Of a DNA stretch of 64,000 nt, positions 20,628 to 29,267 are shown piece after piece (positions within the stretch are counted from its first letter, which is position 1; every line of letters starts with the position of its first letter). This stretch comes from Desulfomonilia bacterium (GTDB taxonomy: Bacteria; Desulfobacterota; Desulfomonilia; UBA1062). The notes beneath the pieces were generated by a model. That model saw nothing but the letters and a program-made list of their open reading frames with translations. It was not told the origin of the DNA and searched no databases. The translations under genes were made by a program, and so were the position numbers. The DNA is taken from assembly GCA_963664325.2 (NCBI GenBank), contig CAXXDQ010000007.1, positions 896,001 through 960,000 of the forward strand, given 5' to 3'.

Positions 20628-21569
20628 CTATTTTCTGCCGTGCTCCCTGTTCCAGATATCTGTCAGTTTCCTGGCCTCGGCAATCTGGGCGGCCGTCATC
20701 TGTCTGGCAAGGGCATCCCTGTTTTTTGCTGCGCTGCTGTTCCCGTTTGCAGCGCACAGGCTGAACCATTTATAGGCCTGGACATTATCCTGCGGCACAC
20801 CCTGCCCGTTGCTGTACAAGAAGGCAAGGGTGCACTGAGCCCTGGCCACTCCCTGTTCGGCCGCCTTCGTGTACCATTTAACGGCCTCTGCATAATTCTG
20901 CGGTACCCCCTGCCCCAGGTCATACATGAAAGCGAGATCGAGCTGGGCTTCGGCATCTCCGTGTTCAGCCGCTTTTGTATACCATTTCACGGCCTCTTCA
21001 TAACTCTGCGTAACGCCCTGTCCGTTTTCGTACATAAGCCCGAGGCTCAGCTGAGCAGTGACATTCCCCTGTTCCGCCGCTCTTGTGTAAAGTTTCAGGG
21101 CCTCCGCATAATTCTGCTTCACGCCCTTCCCGCTTGCATAGAGGGCGGCAAGATGATTCTGGGCCGGGACATGCCCTTGAGCAGCCGCTTTTGAAAACCA
21201 CTTGAAGGCCTCTTCGTAATTCCGGGGTACCCCGTCTCCCGTTTCATACTTGAGAGCGAGATAATACTGCGCTGATGAAAGACCCTGTTCAGCGGCCTTT
21301 ATAAACCACACAACCGCATCATCGGAACCTGACGGCGCCACTTTTCCCGTATCATACATGAGTGCGACATAGAACTGGGCCCTGGCATCCCCCTTCTCTG
21401 CCAGAGGCTTTGCCATCTTGAAAGCACTGGCGTAATCCTGCTTTTCATAAGCCTCCAGATATGAGGAATATTTCACGGGTGTTTTTGATTTTCCGGTCTT
21501 GCTCTCAGGACAAGCAACCCCCGGGAGCACAAAAAATGCTACCAATAAAATACAAACCGCCCTTTTCAT
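20628..21569 (-). CDS. Sel1-repeat protein
   Basis: Six repeats of AQ..L..MY..G.GV.QNY.EA.KWY.KAAEQG; signal/lipoprotein-like N-terminus. Confidence 0.9.
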   Translation of the reverse strand: MKRAVCILLVAFFVLPGVACPESKTGKSKTPVKYSSYLEAYEKQDYASAFKMAKPLAEKGDARAQFYVALMYDTGKVAPSGSDDAVVWFIKAAEQGLSSAQYYLALKYETGDGVPRNYEEAFKWFSKAAAQGHVPAQNHLAALYASGKGVKQNYAEALKLYTRAAEQGNVTAQLSLGLMYENGQGVTQSYEEAVKWYTKAAEHGDAEAQLDLAFMYDLGQGVPQNYAEAVKWYTKAAEQGVARAQCTLAFLYSNGQGVPQDNVQAYKWFSLCAANGNSSAAKNRDALARQMTAAQIAEARKLTDIWNREHGRK

Positions 21570-21708
21570 CCGTTTAATCTCCTTATATCCATTGATATGA
21601 ATCCGGGCCTTTCAAAACCCTTTTTACCCAGTTTTGCTTTTTTATCCGCCAGAATCAAATGTTTTAATGCTTTCCTTTTTTCATCGAGGTCATGTTCAAT
21701 GCCTGTCC

Positions 21709-22776
21709 TCATACAACTCCCCTTTTGCGCGCCAGGGTAAGCATCTGCTCAAGTGAATTCGTGGGCGGTAATTTTCTCTTTTCTTCAGACTTGCCCGTAA
21801 GGAGAATCGCTTCACCCGGGCAGGTTGGAACGCAAAGCCCGCAGCCTATGCACCTGTCATGATCGATGACGGCCATACCGTCATTATCAATTGAGATCGC
21901 GTCCATCTGGCACCTCTCCAGACAGATACCGCAGCCGGTGCAGTTTTCAGCATCAACAAAAGCCTGATAATTGGAGTAGACCAGATCGGCGGGTTTAGGG
22001 TCAAGCTTTATCGCCCTTAATACCCCGCAGCAGTCGCCGCAGCAGTTGCACATGCCCCCCGGATTCTGCGAAGTCGCCGGCTGGGTGACAAGGCCGGCCT
22101 TTTGCGCATTTGTGAGGATTGCAAGCGCTTCATCATAGGAAATCTTTCTGCCCATCTTATTGTCCAGATAGTATCTGGCCATGGAACCGAACATGAAGCA
22201 TACCTCGACGGGTTTATCGCACGCTTCATCAATCGCCTCCCTGCTTTTTCTGCAGATGCAATCGGATACCACGATCGGCTCGGCGTTTTTCAGAATCGCG
22301 CAGGCGTCGTCAAATGAGGCTATTTGCATGGAGCTTCCGACGGATTCCCTGACCGGTACTGTCCGCAAAAAAAGTCCGGCGCAATCGGCAATCGCTTTCT
22401 GAAAACCTTCTTTGAAATATTTTTCCAGGGCGATCACCTTGTCCCTGCTGAGATTATTGACCTGAAACTCCATCAGCCCGTGCATAAAAGGGATGGCGCC
22501 GTATTTGACATCATCACCCTTCCTCAGTCTGAATAGCAGCCCCTTTGCGGCCATATCCTCCAGCCTGGCTGATATTTCTTCCCTGTCCAGCCCCAGCCTT
22601 GCAGAAACCGATTCGGGAGATTCCAGTTGAGGAGTCATATTTGTAAACAGAGCCGCTTCTTTTTCGGTGAACAGTTTTTTTAATATATCTATTTCAATAC
22701 CGGAGACGGTTGCGGGAAAACCCACCGAATATGTATCAAGCTGTTTCTGCAGTTTTCTGTAGAGCCCTTCTTCCAT
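21709..22776 (-). CDS. 4Fe-4S dicluster-binding protein with N-terminal HTH-like region
   Basis: CICRK, CNCCGDCC, CTGCGICLERC and CIGCGLCVPTC motifs. Confidence 0.85.
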   Translation of the reverse strand: MEEGLYRKLQKQLDTYSVGFPATVSGIEIDILKKLFTEKEAALFTNMTPQLESPESVSARLGLDREEISARLEDMAAKGLLFRLRKGDDVKYGAIPFMHGLMEFQVNNLSRDKVIALEKYFKEGFQKAIADCAGLFLRTVPVRESVGSSMQIASFDDACAILKNAEPIVVSDCICRKSREAIDEACDKPVEVCFMFGSMARYYLDNKMGRKISYDEALAILTNAQKAGLVTQPATSQNPGGMCNCCGDCCGVLRAIKLDPKPADLVYSNYQAFVDAENCTGCGICLERCQMDAISIDNDGMAVIDHDRCIGCGLCVPTCPGEAILLTGKSEEKRKLPPTNSLEQMLTLARKRGVV

Positions 22777-22926
22777 AACCGTCTCCTTGTTTAAATATAT
22801 TCCGCTTTTCAATTTTTTAATTCAACCAGACTTGCCAATATCTATCAACCCTGAATATCCATTATGAAAGTATTCAAGAATGTAAACGGGTTGCAGCCCT
22901 TCAGTCAATATCGTTCATATTTTACC

Positions 22927-22977
22927 CGGCTGCGTCTCAACACTACACCAGCAAATGTTGATTGTTGAGCCTGACCC
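22927..22977. repeat. Degenerate inverted pair of GGGGTC-tagged repeats
   Basis: GGCTGCGTCTCAACACT ... ATTGTTGAGCCTGACCC. Confidence 0.55.
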
Positions 22978-23105
22978 TTCTCCAGTTTGCACTATAATCC
23001 CGAAAGGCATTCAGATAAAGTCTTTCCGCTAATATGAACAGAAGCCGGCAGGCGGGTCCTGTGCCGCATGCCGTTTCCTCCGCGCATGCCCGTACGGCGA
23101 CAGCG

Positions 23106-23134
23106 TTGACATTGGAATTGACGTCCTGTAGGTT
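23106..23134 (+). promoter_or_regulatory. Putative sigma70 promoter
   Basis: TTGACA-N17-TAGGTT about 100 nt upstream of the 23232 start. Confidence 0.5.
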
Positions 23135-23160
23135 CTTTTGAGAAGCACAACCATACATCA

Positions 23161-23207
23161 GCCAGGCAAGGTGATTTTACCTGCCAGGACCGGACGGTCA
23201 TCAAGGC
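23161..23207 (+). promoter_or_regulatory. Candidate structured 5' leader RNA
   Basis: GCC / GGC(A)AGGT-gatttt-ACCTGCC / GACC-ggac-GGTC / GGC can fold as a compact three-way junction just upstream of the RBS. Confidence 0.4.
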
Positions 23208-23231
23208 ACAATATCTGAAAGGAGATGCGGT

Positions 23232-23489
23232 ATGGCAAAGCGTATAATTCTTGGCGTTCAGGTAACCAACAGGACAAAAAATGTCGCCGATGTTCAGAAG
23301 ATTCTGACGGAGTACGGCTGCAACATCAAGACACGCCTGGGAATGCATGATGTCGATGCAAATTCCTGTTCGCCGTCAGGCCTCCTAATACTGGAGACAT
23401 TCGGGGACGAGAAAACCATACTGGAGATGGAATCCAAGTTACAGGGAATCAGCGGACTCATAGTAAAAAAGATGGAGTTCGAACTATAG
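23232..23489 (+). CDS. TM1266-like (iron-only hydrogenase system regulator-like, ACT-fold) small protein
   Basis: 85 aa; VQKILTEYGCNIKTRLGMH..., GLLILE, VKKMEF; RBS AAAGGAG. Confidence 0.7.
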   Translation: MAKRIILGVQVTNRTKNVADVQKILTEYGCNIKTRLGMHDVDANSCSPSGLLILETFGDEKTILEMESKLQGISGLIVKKMEFEL

Positions 23490-23535
23490 GACGGATTCTC
23501 CAGATTCAAGAAGTCAATGATTCAAAGTATTCTAC

Positions 23536-23631
23536 GGGGTCGCGTCTCAACATTCTTCCGGCACATCTCAATTGCTGCGACCTGACTCTTTTACTCATCT
23601 CCAGGGCAACAGGCTCTTGAGACCTGTCCCC
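23536..23631. repeat. GGGGTC-tagged inverted repeat pair plus extra half-site
   Basis: GGGGTCGCGTCTCAACATT (23536-23554), ATTGCTGCGACCTGACTC (23571-23588), TTGAGACCTGTCCCC (23617-23631). Confidence 0.65.
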
Positions 23632-23682
23632 TTTACTGCTCGTGACCACTTTTTTATGCTTTGATGGATATTCCGATGGAAG

Positions 23683-24672
23683 TCAGGGCGTGAAATTTTC
23701 GGAATGGGAAGAGCCTGCCTTCGAGATAGTGGCCGTTCCCGTAATTCCGATAACGGTCGCAGTGAAGCGATGGACGACATCTCGTTTGAACACCACCGAA
23801 CGTCCCTGGGGGTTCTTCACGCGGTAGGCCCATTGAATAATCCAGGTGAAGGTGCCCGGCGCGCATTCCTTTCCGAAGGTATTGCTCACGGTATCCGTTT
23901 GCTGAATGTAGTTCTTCCGGCCCTGATACTCCTTCTGAATGCCCATCCAGGTGTTCGGATTGCCTCCGTGGCGCGTTATATCCAGCCGGTTATTTTGAAA
24001 TCCCCATTTGGGAACGTTCATCATTTTTCCGGTGAAGGAAGCGGCTTCACCCCCCGGCTCCTGCCATTCGATTCCTGCAAATGAGACATCGCTTGGCGTC
24101 AGCCAATAATCCAGTTCCATGGAGGAGGACACCAGGCCGGGGCCGCCCCGGTTTGGAGTTGCCTTGATCGCACTCACCACTCCCTGAGGTTCAACAACCG
24201 GAATGGCGATGTTATCCGCCACGATCCGCCCTGAAAGGCCGCTGCCGACTCCCACCACTTTCAACTTGACCCCTGCTTTGTCGGTGGCAACAGCTGTCAT
24301 GGTCCCGGCCGCTTTATCCACTGCCATCCTCGAAGCGCCGGAGATCACCTGCCACTCCAGGCCCCCGAGATCGGTGATGGTTACGCCGGGGACCAGGATA
24401 ACTGCTTTCACAGTAAACTTCTCGCCGATTCCCAGCTTGTTGGTCGCATGACCGATGAAATCGTAAGCCGGATCCGGTTTAATGATGAGGCTGATGTTGG
24501 TTTCGATGCGTTTCGCCGAGTCCCAGAAGGCCTGCTGCTTCGCTGTGAGGGGGCCGAAGCTGGGCCTGACGGTCTTGGGGCCGGATGCTTGCTGCAGTGC
24601 GGCGAATTTCGCTTTGGCCTGGATATAGGTGTCTGCTTCGATCCAGGTTCCGTTGATGTCGAATTTCGGCAT
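23683..24672 (-). CDS. Hypothetical beta-rich protein, candidate T6SS-associated effector/accessory
   Basis: 329-aa ORF with AGGAGG RBS; no signal peptide; motifs KLGIGE, VVEP, PSDVSF.GI, GTFTWII.W.Y, SKAG. Confidence 0.65.
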   Translation of the reverse strand: MPKFDINGTWIEADTYIQAKAKFAALQQASGPKTVRPSFGPLTAKQQAFWDSAKRIETNISLIIKPDPAYDFIGHATNKLGIGEKFTVKAVILVPGVTITDLGGLEWQVISGASRMAVDKAAGTMTAVATDKAGVKLKVVGVGSGLSGRIVADNIAIPVVEPQGVVSAIKATPNRGGPGLVSSSMELDYWLTPSDVSFAGIEWQEPGGEAASFTGKMMNVPKWGFQNNRLDITRHGGNPNTWMGIQKEYQGRKNYIQQTDTVSNTFGKECAPGTFTWIIQWAYRVKNPQGRSVVFKRDVVHRFTATVIGITGTATISKAGSSHSENFTP

Positions 24673-24704
24673 AGAGGACCTCCTGTTTCTGGCTAGGCTG
24701 TAAA

Positions 24705-24738
24705 GCGTTTGCTATTGGTCTGACGTGCAGCAAATATT
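24705..24738 (-). promoter_or_regulatory. Bipartite motif shared with the T6SS upstream region
   Basis: Plus strand GCGTTTGCTATTG-N12-GCAAATATT; the same blocks occur at 45868-45902 with N13. Confidence 0.6.
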
Positions 24739-25077
24739 GCAGACGGAAAAGGAAATAAGCATTTCGCATGATTTGCAGAAGTCATATGGGATGTCAAATA
24801 TCACCTCCATTTGATAAGAATTTACTTTTTAGAATAAAAGGATGTTATCTTCACGTTTCGTAATTGTCTATGGAAATGTTCAGCAATTTTCGAAGTTCCG
24901 GTTAGAGCAGGAAACTGACTTGCGCGCAGACCGCCGGCTTTTCCAACGTCCGTGTCAGGCCTTTATTCTTTATGTTTTACCTAAATTCTCAAGAATGAAC
25001 GTTCGTCCATCACTAAATACACCGAATCATTCACCCACCTTCAATGGATTGCATTTCAGAACCAACAGATTTTGGCA

Positions 25078-25138
25078 AATGTTGCGACTTGACCCCCTAG
25101 TTATTCCTAGCAAATGTCAATTGTTGAGACCTGACCCC
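25078..25138. repeat. Two tandem GGGGTC-tagged repeat ends
   Basis: AATGTTGCGACTTGACCCC (25078-25096) and ATTGTTGAGACCTGACCCC (25120-25138). Confidence 0.65.
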
Positions 25139-25163
25139 GTTTAGACATTTTGTTCCCTTTGAT

Positions 25164-26285
25164 TTATTTCGGCAGGCGCATCCATCCGGGCACCGCCGGG
25201 CTGAGAAGCCACAGGAATCGCTGGTCCATGTGGGCCTGGAGCCTTAAGACCGCAGGGATAATCATGCGGGGCCCCCAGGGATGTGTGGCCCACAGCAGCC
25301 GCCGCGTCAGGTAGCCGAGCCTCCACCACCGGTTCATGCGGCTGAATTCCGCGATTGACTGTTCGCGGTCATGCACGGCCATGGCTGCGATCCTGCCTGA
25401 GACGAATGCCCCATGCACCCCGAGGACCATGGTGGGGTCCTGCATGCCGGAAAGCGTCCCGGCCAGGATGAGATCTCCGGCAAACAGCCGTGGATTGGAA
25501 AAGGATCCAGTGGGTGTGCCTGCCAGGTTCTCGATCGCCTGCCAATGGGGAAACTCAATGCCCTCATCCTCTTTGAGCTGTTTCGGAAACCACTCCATAG
25601 CCGCGGCCGAAAGAGGCTTGCCCCGCTGAAACAGAACTGCGGCTCCGGTGCCATTGGCAGTTGCGTAGTAGGCATAGTCGTGCGTGTGTTCGTTGTAATA
25701 GGCGATGCAAAACGGGCTGCGGCCATCAGGTGCAGGCCCTCCGGCGAAAAGTCCATATGCCCGGGTGTATGGGATATTAAGGGCATCGAATGCTTCCCGG
25801 AACATGCCTGTGGCCACTATGGAGCCGTGCGGAAGAGCGCTGAAGTCCTTGCGCGTGAGTATCGGTGTATTGAAAGAAAAGCGCACCCCGCAATCCGTCG
25901 CCAGACGGAAAAGGTGCATATCGATTGATGACGGGCGAGACCCGCGCTCGACCATCTTCATGTGGACATTGGAGGGTATCGGGAGGTCGATTATTTTGCT
26001 GAACGCCCGAAAGCGCAGGCTCGGCAGGGGATTGTAAAAAGGCCCATGCGGGGAACCCTCCGCAGGGGTGAGGGGAAACCCCAGATACCTGCTCATGGCG
26101 TCGATGTCCAGCGGGGTCATGTCTGCGAAGTTAAGCTCGTTACCGCTGGCTGATGAAGCCTGGAGCGAGGCGCCGCCGATGGCATCCTTCTGCTCCAGTA
26201 CGGTAACGTCATACCCCTCGCGAACCAGAATGATGGCCGCAGCCAAGCCCGAAAGACCTGCACCAACTATGGTTACTTGTTTCAT
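25164..26285 (-). CDS. NAD(P)/FAD-dependent oxidoreductase
   Basis: IVGAGLSGL FAD motif, VLEQ....GG, LAGTLSGMQDP...GVHGAFVSG; RBS AAGGAGGAG. Confidence 0.8.
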   Translation of the reverse strand: MKQVTIVGAGLSGLAAAIILVREGYDVTVLEQKDAIGGASLQASSASGNELNFADMTPLDIDAMSRYLGFPLTPAEGSPHGPFYNPLPSLRFRAFSKIIDLPIPSNVHMKMVERGSRPSSIDMHLFRLATDCGVRFSFNTPILTRKDFSALPHGSIVATGMFREAFDALNIPYTRAYGLFAGGPAPDGRSPFCIAYYNEHTHDYAYYATANGTGAAVLFQRGKPLSAAAMEWFPKQLKEDEGIEFPHWQAIENLAGTPTGSFSNPRLFAGDLILAGTLSGMQDPTMVLGVHGAFVSGRIAAMAVHDREQSIAEFSRMNRWWRLGYLTRRLLWATHPWGPRMIIPAVLRLQAHMDQRFLWLLSPAVPGWMRLPK

Positions 26286-26296
26286 AACTCCTCCTT

Positions 26297-26337
26297 GGAG
26301 ATAAATAGGAGATAAATAGGGGTCGCGTCTCAACATT
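26297..26337. repeat. GGGGTC-tagged repeat preceded by an 11-bp tandem duplication
   Basis: GGAGATAAATA x2 then GGGGTCGCGTCTCAACATT, identical to 23536-23554. Confidence 0.7.
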
Positions 26338-26382
26338 CAACAAATTGTTTATTACAACTATTGCAACTACCGGTCATTAGCT

Positions 26383-26503
26383 GCAGGGCGTCAGAACGAT
26401 GCAGACCTAGGAGCGACGAAGCGAAAATGCGAGGTGTACTTTTACGTACTCCGCAGCGTTTCCGCGAGGAGCGACAACGGTATGCGAAGTTATCACGCCC
26501 TGC
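26383..26503. mobile_element. MITE-like 121-bp element at the tssG stop codon
   Basis: Terminal inverted repeats GCAGGGCGTCAGAAC / GTTATCACGCCCTGC (13/15 match), internal GTAC-N6-GTAC hairpin and duplicated AGGAGCGAC. Confidence 0.55.
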
Positions 26504-27510
26504 TACATTTTCTCGCGGATGATGATGCACTTATCATCCGCGGCCCCACCTTCAGCCTGCACCATCCACGTCGTCTGTCCTATATGATACCCCATACCCA
26601 GGCCCAAGGGCGGGACCTCTTCCTTTTTGAGGATAATCTTCAAATCATATTCATACTCGATGCCTGCGGCATAGCGCACCATCGCCTTTACGGGTTCGGT
26701 CATGTCGCCGTCCGGCATGAACCTCAGAAACTCATCATAGCCCATGGGCCCGATGTTCACCCTGAATCCGGCCTGCATGTCCGTCACCTCGGAACCCACG
26801 ACCGTATCGACACCGAGCGCCGAGTTCGCAAGCCCCAGGCTGGTCATGTCCTCCGGGGTCAGCTTTATGCTGCGCTCCCGGAACTGGTCCAGGCTGACCC
26901 CAGTGCCCGTCATGCCGGATATCACGGCTTCCAGGGAAGCGGCAGTCGGCATGGGCCTTGAAAGCTGGCCGGTATGGAATAGAAACCTTCCGGCAGGCAG
27001 GCCCGACATCTCGATTAGCCATTTGGAGCCCAGCCCTGTCAGACTCAAGAGCATAGCGCTCAGCCTGCCGCCATGCTCTTCGGCATAGTTCTCAGCAAAC
27101 CGGCCCCTCTTCCAGGCCAGGTAAAAGAGCGCGATCAGCCTGTGGTGGAAGATATCGAGAAAGGAGGTGAGGCTGAAGTCCTTCTCGCGGTTCCGGTTGA
27201 GCGCCAGCTCGTTGTACCAGTAAGGCAGGACGCCCGAAGGCCCGAGAGCGCCCATGAACGCAACCGACATCACAGGCGGACCGTCAGCGGTTTTTTCGAG
27301 CGAAACTATTTCCGCCTGGGGAAATGAAAAGCCCGGCTTGACCGAGAACCTGACCGGCTCTCTGGCAGGCTCGAGCGTAACGCCCAGGTGTCCCTCATCA
27401 GGACTGAGCCCCTCCAGCAGACCTACGGCCTTGAAAAACGAAAAGGACTGCGGCTCTGCGAAAAGCCTTTCGGTTACAGTAGTATTCTGCTTCCGTTTCT
27501 TGGCGGCCAT
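26503..27510 (-). CDS. tssG: T6SS baseplate subunit TssG
   Basis: FSFFKAV.LLE, MGALGPSGVLP, FLDIFHHRLI.LFYLAW; overlaps the tssF end. Confidence 0.9.
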   Translation of the reverse strand: MAAKKRKQNTTVTERLFAEPQSFSFFKAVGLLEGLSPDEGHLGVTLEPAREPVRFSVKPGFSFPQAEIVSLEKTADGPPVMSVAFMGALGPSGVLPYWYNELALNRNREKDFSLTSFLDIFHHRLIALFYLAWKRGRFAENYAEEHGGRLSAMLLSLTGLGSKWLIEMSGLPAGRFLFHTGQLSRPMPTAASLEAVISGMTGTGVSLDQFRERSIKLTPEDMTSLGLANSALGVDTVVGSEVTDMQAGFRVNIGPMGYDEFLRFMPDGDMTEPVKAMVRYAAGIEYEYDLKIILKKEEVPPLGLGMGYHIGQTTWMVQAEGGAADDKCIIIREKM

Positions 27511-29267
27511 TTTTTCAAAGGCTCCTTTTTCTGCACCGTCCTCGCCTCGAGCTGGACGAACGAGTTTATGGAAACGTACTGCGACAGGAAGGCCTCAAGG
27601 ATGGAGGCGAACAGATACAGCCCCGCGCCGACGAACTTGTCCTCGTCAAAGGTGATGCTCGTCCGTATTCCGCGGATGAACGAGACCCCTATCCTTTTCG
27701 TGACATGATCGGTCGAGACTCTGGTAATGCCCGATATCTGCTGGCCGGTCGACGGCGAGTTGTCGAAGTCGTAGAGTTTGAGTATCTCCTTCAGCGCCTC
27801 TTCGCCCCCGCCCACGAGCGAGAGATAGTTGAGCGAGAGGTGCGAGATGAGCTTCCACTGGAGACTCCCGCCGAGTGACGGCCTCCTGCACGGGGTCGGC
27901 TTGATGAGACTCGTGATCTTCGAAAAGGGCCCGGCGGTGTCAAGGTCGAAATCGCCCTGGGAATCGCCGAACGAGAGCCTTGCGGGCAGGTCCCTGTTCG
28001 TGCATGTCACATGCAGGGTCACCGTTTCAACGCCGGGGTCGGCCGGGGTGAGAGAGGCGTCGGTGAAAGAGAGGTATACTTCGGTGCCCGAATCCCCCTT
28101 TTTGCCTGAAGGAAGCCTCTTTATATTCCAGAAGACCTTCCGCCCTTCCTCCTCGTCGCCCGGGTGCCTGAGCGAGAATATGGGCCTGTAATCCACCACC
28201 TTGCCGCCCGAAAGGCTTGATACCACGCTGTCCACGGTAAACACCTCGGTCGTGTTCTGGCGCCTGATGTCGGGTATGATCCTGTAGTCGCTCAGCCTGT
28301 GCTCGATCCTTACGGGTTCGGCCACCCTTTTGAATATGTTTACCGCGGGCGTTACATTCAGGCAGAAGGTCTCGGCGTTCATCACGAGGTTCTGCTTGGC
28401 CGGTCTGTCAAGGTATATCCATATGTCAAGGGTCTCCGTGAGCTCATAATCCCTGAGCCTGCCGAGCCCGGTTATGTCGAAGAACAGGAACTTTTCCGGG
28501 AAACAGAAATATTCGAAAAGGAGCAGGTAGCCGGGGAATGAACGCGACGAATAGGGCAGCAGGTTTTCTTCCGCGGTAAATCCGACGGGCTTTATGTCGC
28601 CGGGCGAAAGCCGGATATTAACACTCTGCCCCTGTTTGGTCCTGGCCTCGAGCTCGATATGGCAGACGTTGTTCATGAGCAGTTCGTAAAGGTGAAAGAC
28701 ATGCTGGTGCTGCGCATTCAGGAAAAACCTGAGGCTCTCCCATCCGAGCTGCGACACCGGCAGGCTGTTGGATGTATTAAGCTGAATCTGTATGGCCTGC
28801 TGGGCGTTCCTGATGCTGAGCCTGGGGGTTTTGAGCGAGGCGGATGCGACCTCGACCGGCCATGCGGTAACCGGATATGACGTCGAAAACTGGCAGGCGG
28901 TCCCGCTGAGAGGCCTGGAATAAAGCGTCGTGCCTTTTTCAATATTGAAGCCCGAGGCCGGAATGTTCTGTCTGATCGGCTCGAACCTGACAATAGTCAT
29001 CGCGGGGATCGGGTTTATGTAATGGGGATATATGATGCTTAAAAGGGATTCGGTTATCTCGGGGAATTCATCGTCGATCTTCTTGTGGACCCGGGCCGAG
29101 AGAAACGCAAACGCCTCGATCAGTCGCTCGGTGTGGGGATCTTCACACTTGTCGGGCTCAAGCTGGAGCCGCCCAGCGATCTTGGGATATTTGCGGGCGA
29201 ATTCGGCCCCCATCTGGCGTATAAACGTCAGTTCCTTTTCATAGTAACTTAAAAGTTCATCGTCCAT
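27474..29267 (-). CDS. tssF: T6SS baseplate subunit TssF
   Basis: LLSYYEKEL.FIR, DPHTERLIEAFAFL, EYFCFPEKFLF, WKLISHLSLNYLSL, W.PR.G. Confidence 0.95.
   Translation of the reverse strand: MDDELLSYYEKELTFIRQMGAEFARKYPKIAGRLQLEPDKCEDPHTERLIEAFAFLSARVHKKIDDEFPEITESLLSIIYPHYINPIPAMTIVRFEPIRQNIPASGFNIEKGTTLYSRPLSGTACQFSTSYPVTAWPVEVASASLKTPRLSIRNAQQAIQIQLNTSNSLPVSQLGWESLRFFLNAQHQHVFHLYELLMNNVCHIELEARTKQGQSVNIRLSPGDIKPVGFTAEENLLPYSSRSFPGYLLLFEYFCFPEKFLFFDITGLGRLRDYELTETLDIWIYLDRPAKQNLVMNAETFCLNVTPAVNIFKRVAEPVRIEHRLSDYRIIPDIRRQNTTEVFTVDSVVSSLSGGKVVDYRPIFSLRHPGDEEEGRKVFWNIKRLPSGKKGDSGTEVYLSFTDASLTPADPGVETVTLHVTCTNRDLPARLSFGDSQGDFDLDTAGPFSKITSLIKPTPCRRPSLGGSLQWKLISHLSLNYLSLVGGGEEALKEILKLYDFDNSPSTGQQISGITRVSTDHVTKRIGVSFIRGIRTSITFDEDKFVGAGLYLFASILEAFLSQYVSINSFVQLEARTVQKKEPLKKWPPRNGSRILL

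Noticed and set aside
23180-23208. SRP (4.5S) RNA, from GCCAGGACCGGACGGTCATCAAGGC
   Set aside because: The loop is GGAC rather than GNRA, the AGCA motif is missing, and there is no long flanking helix.
24840-25075. Integron attC site or ORF 24842-25144
   Set aside because: GTTAGAG is present but has no matching inverse core or attC symmetry, there is no integrase, and the ORF lacks recognisable features.
23536-25138. Tn3-family transposon ends (GGGGTC start)
   Set aside because: Similarity stops after about 12 nt; there is no 38-bp IR, transposase, resolvase or clear 5-bp target duplication.
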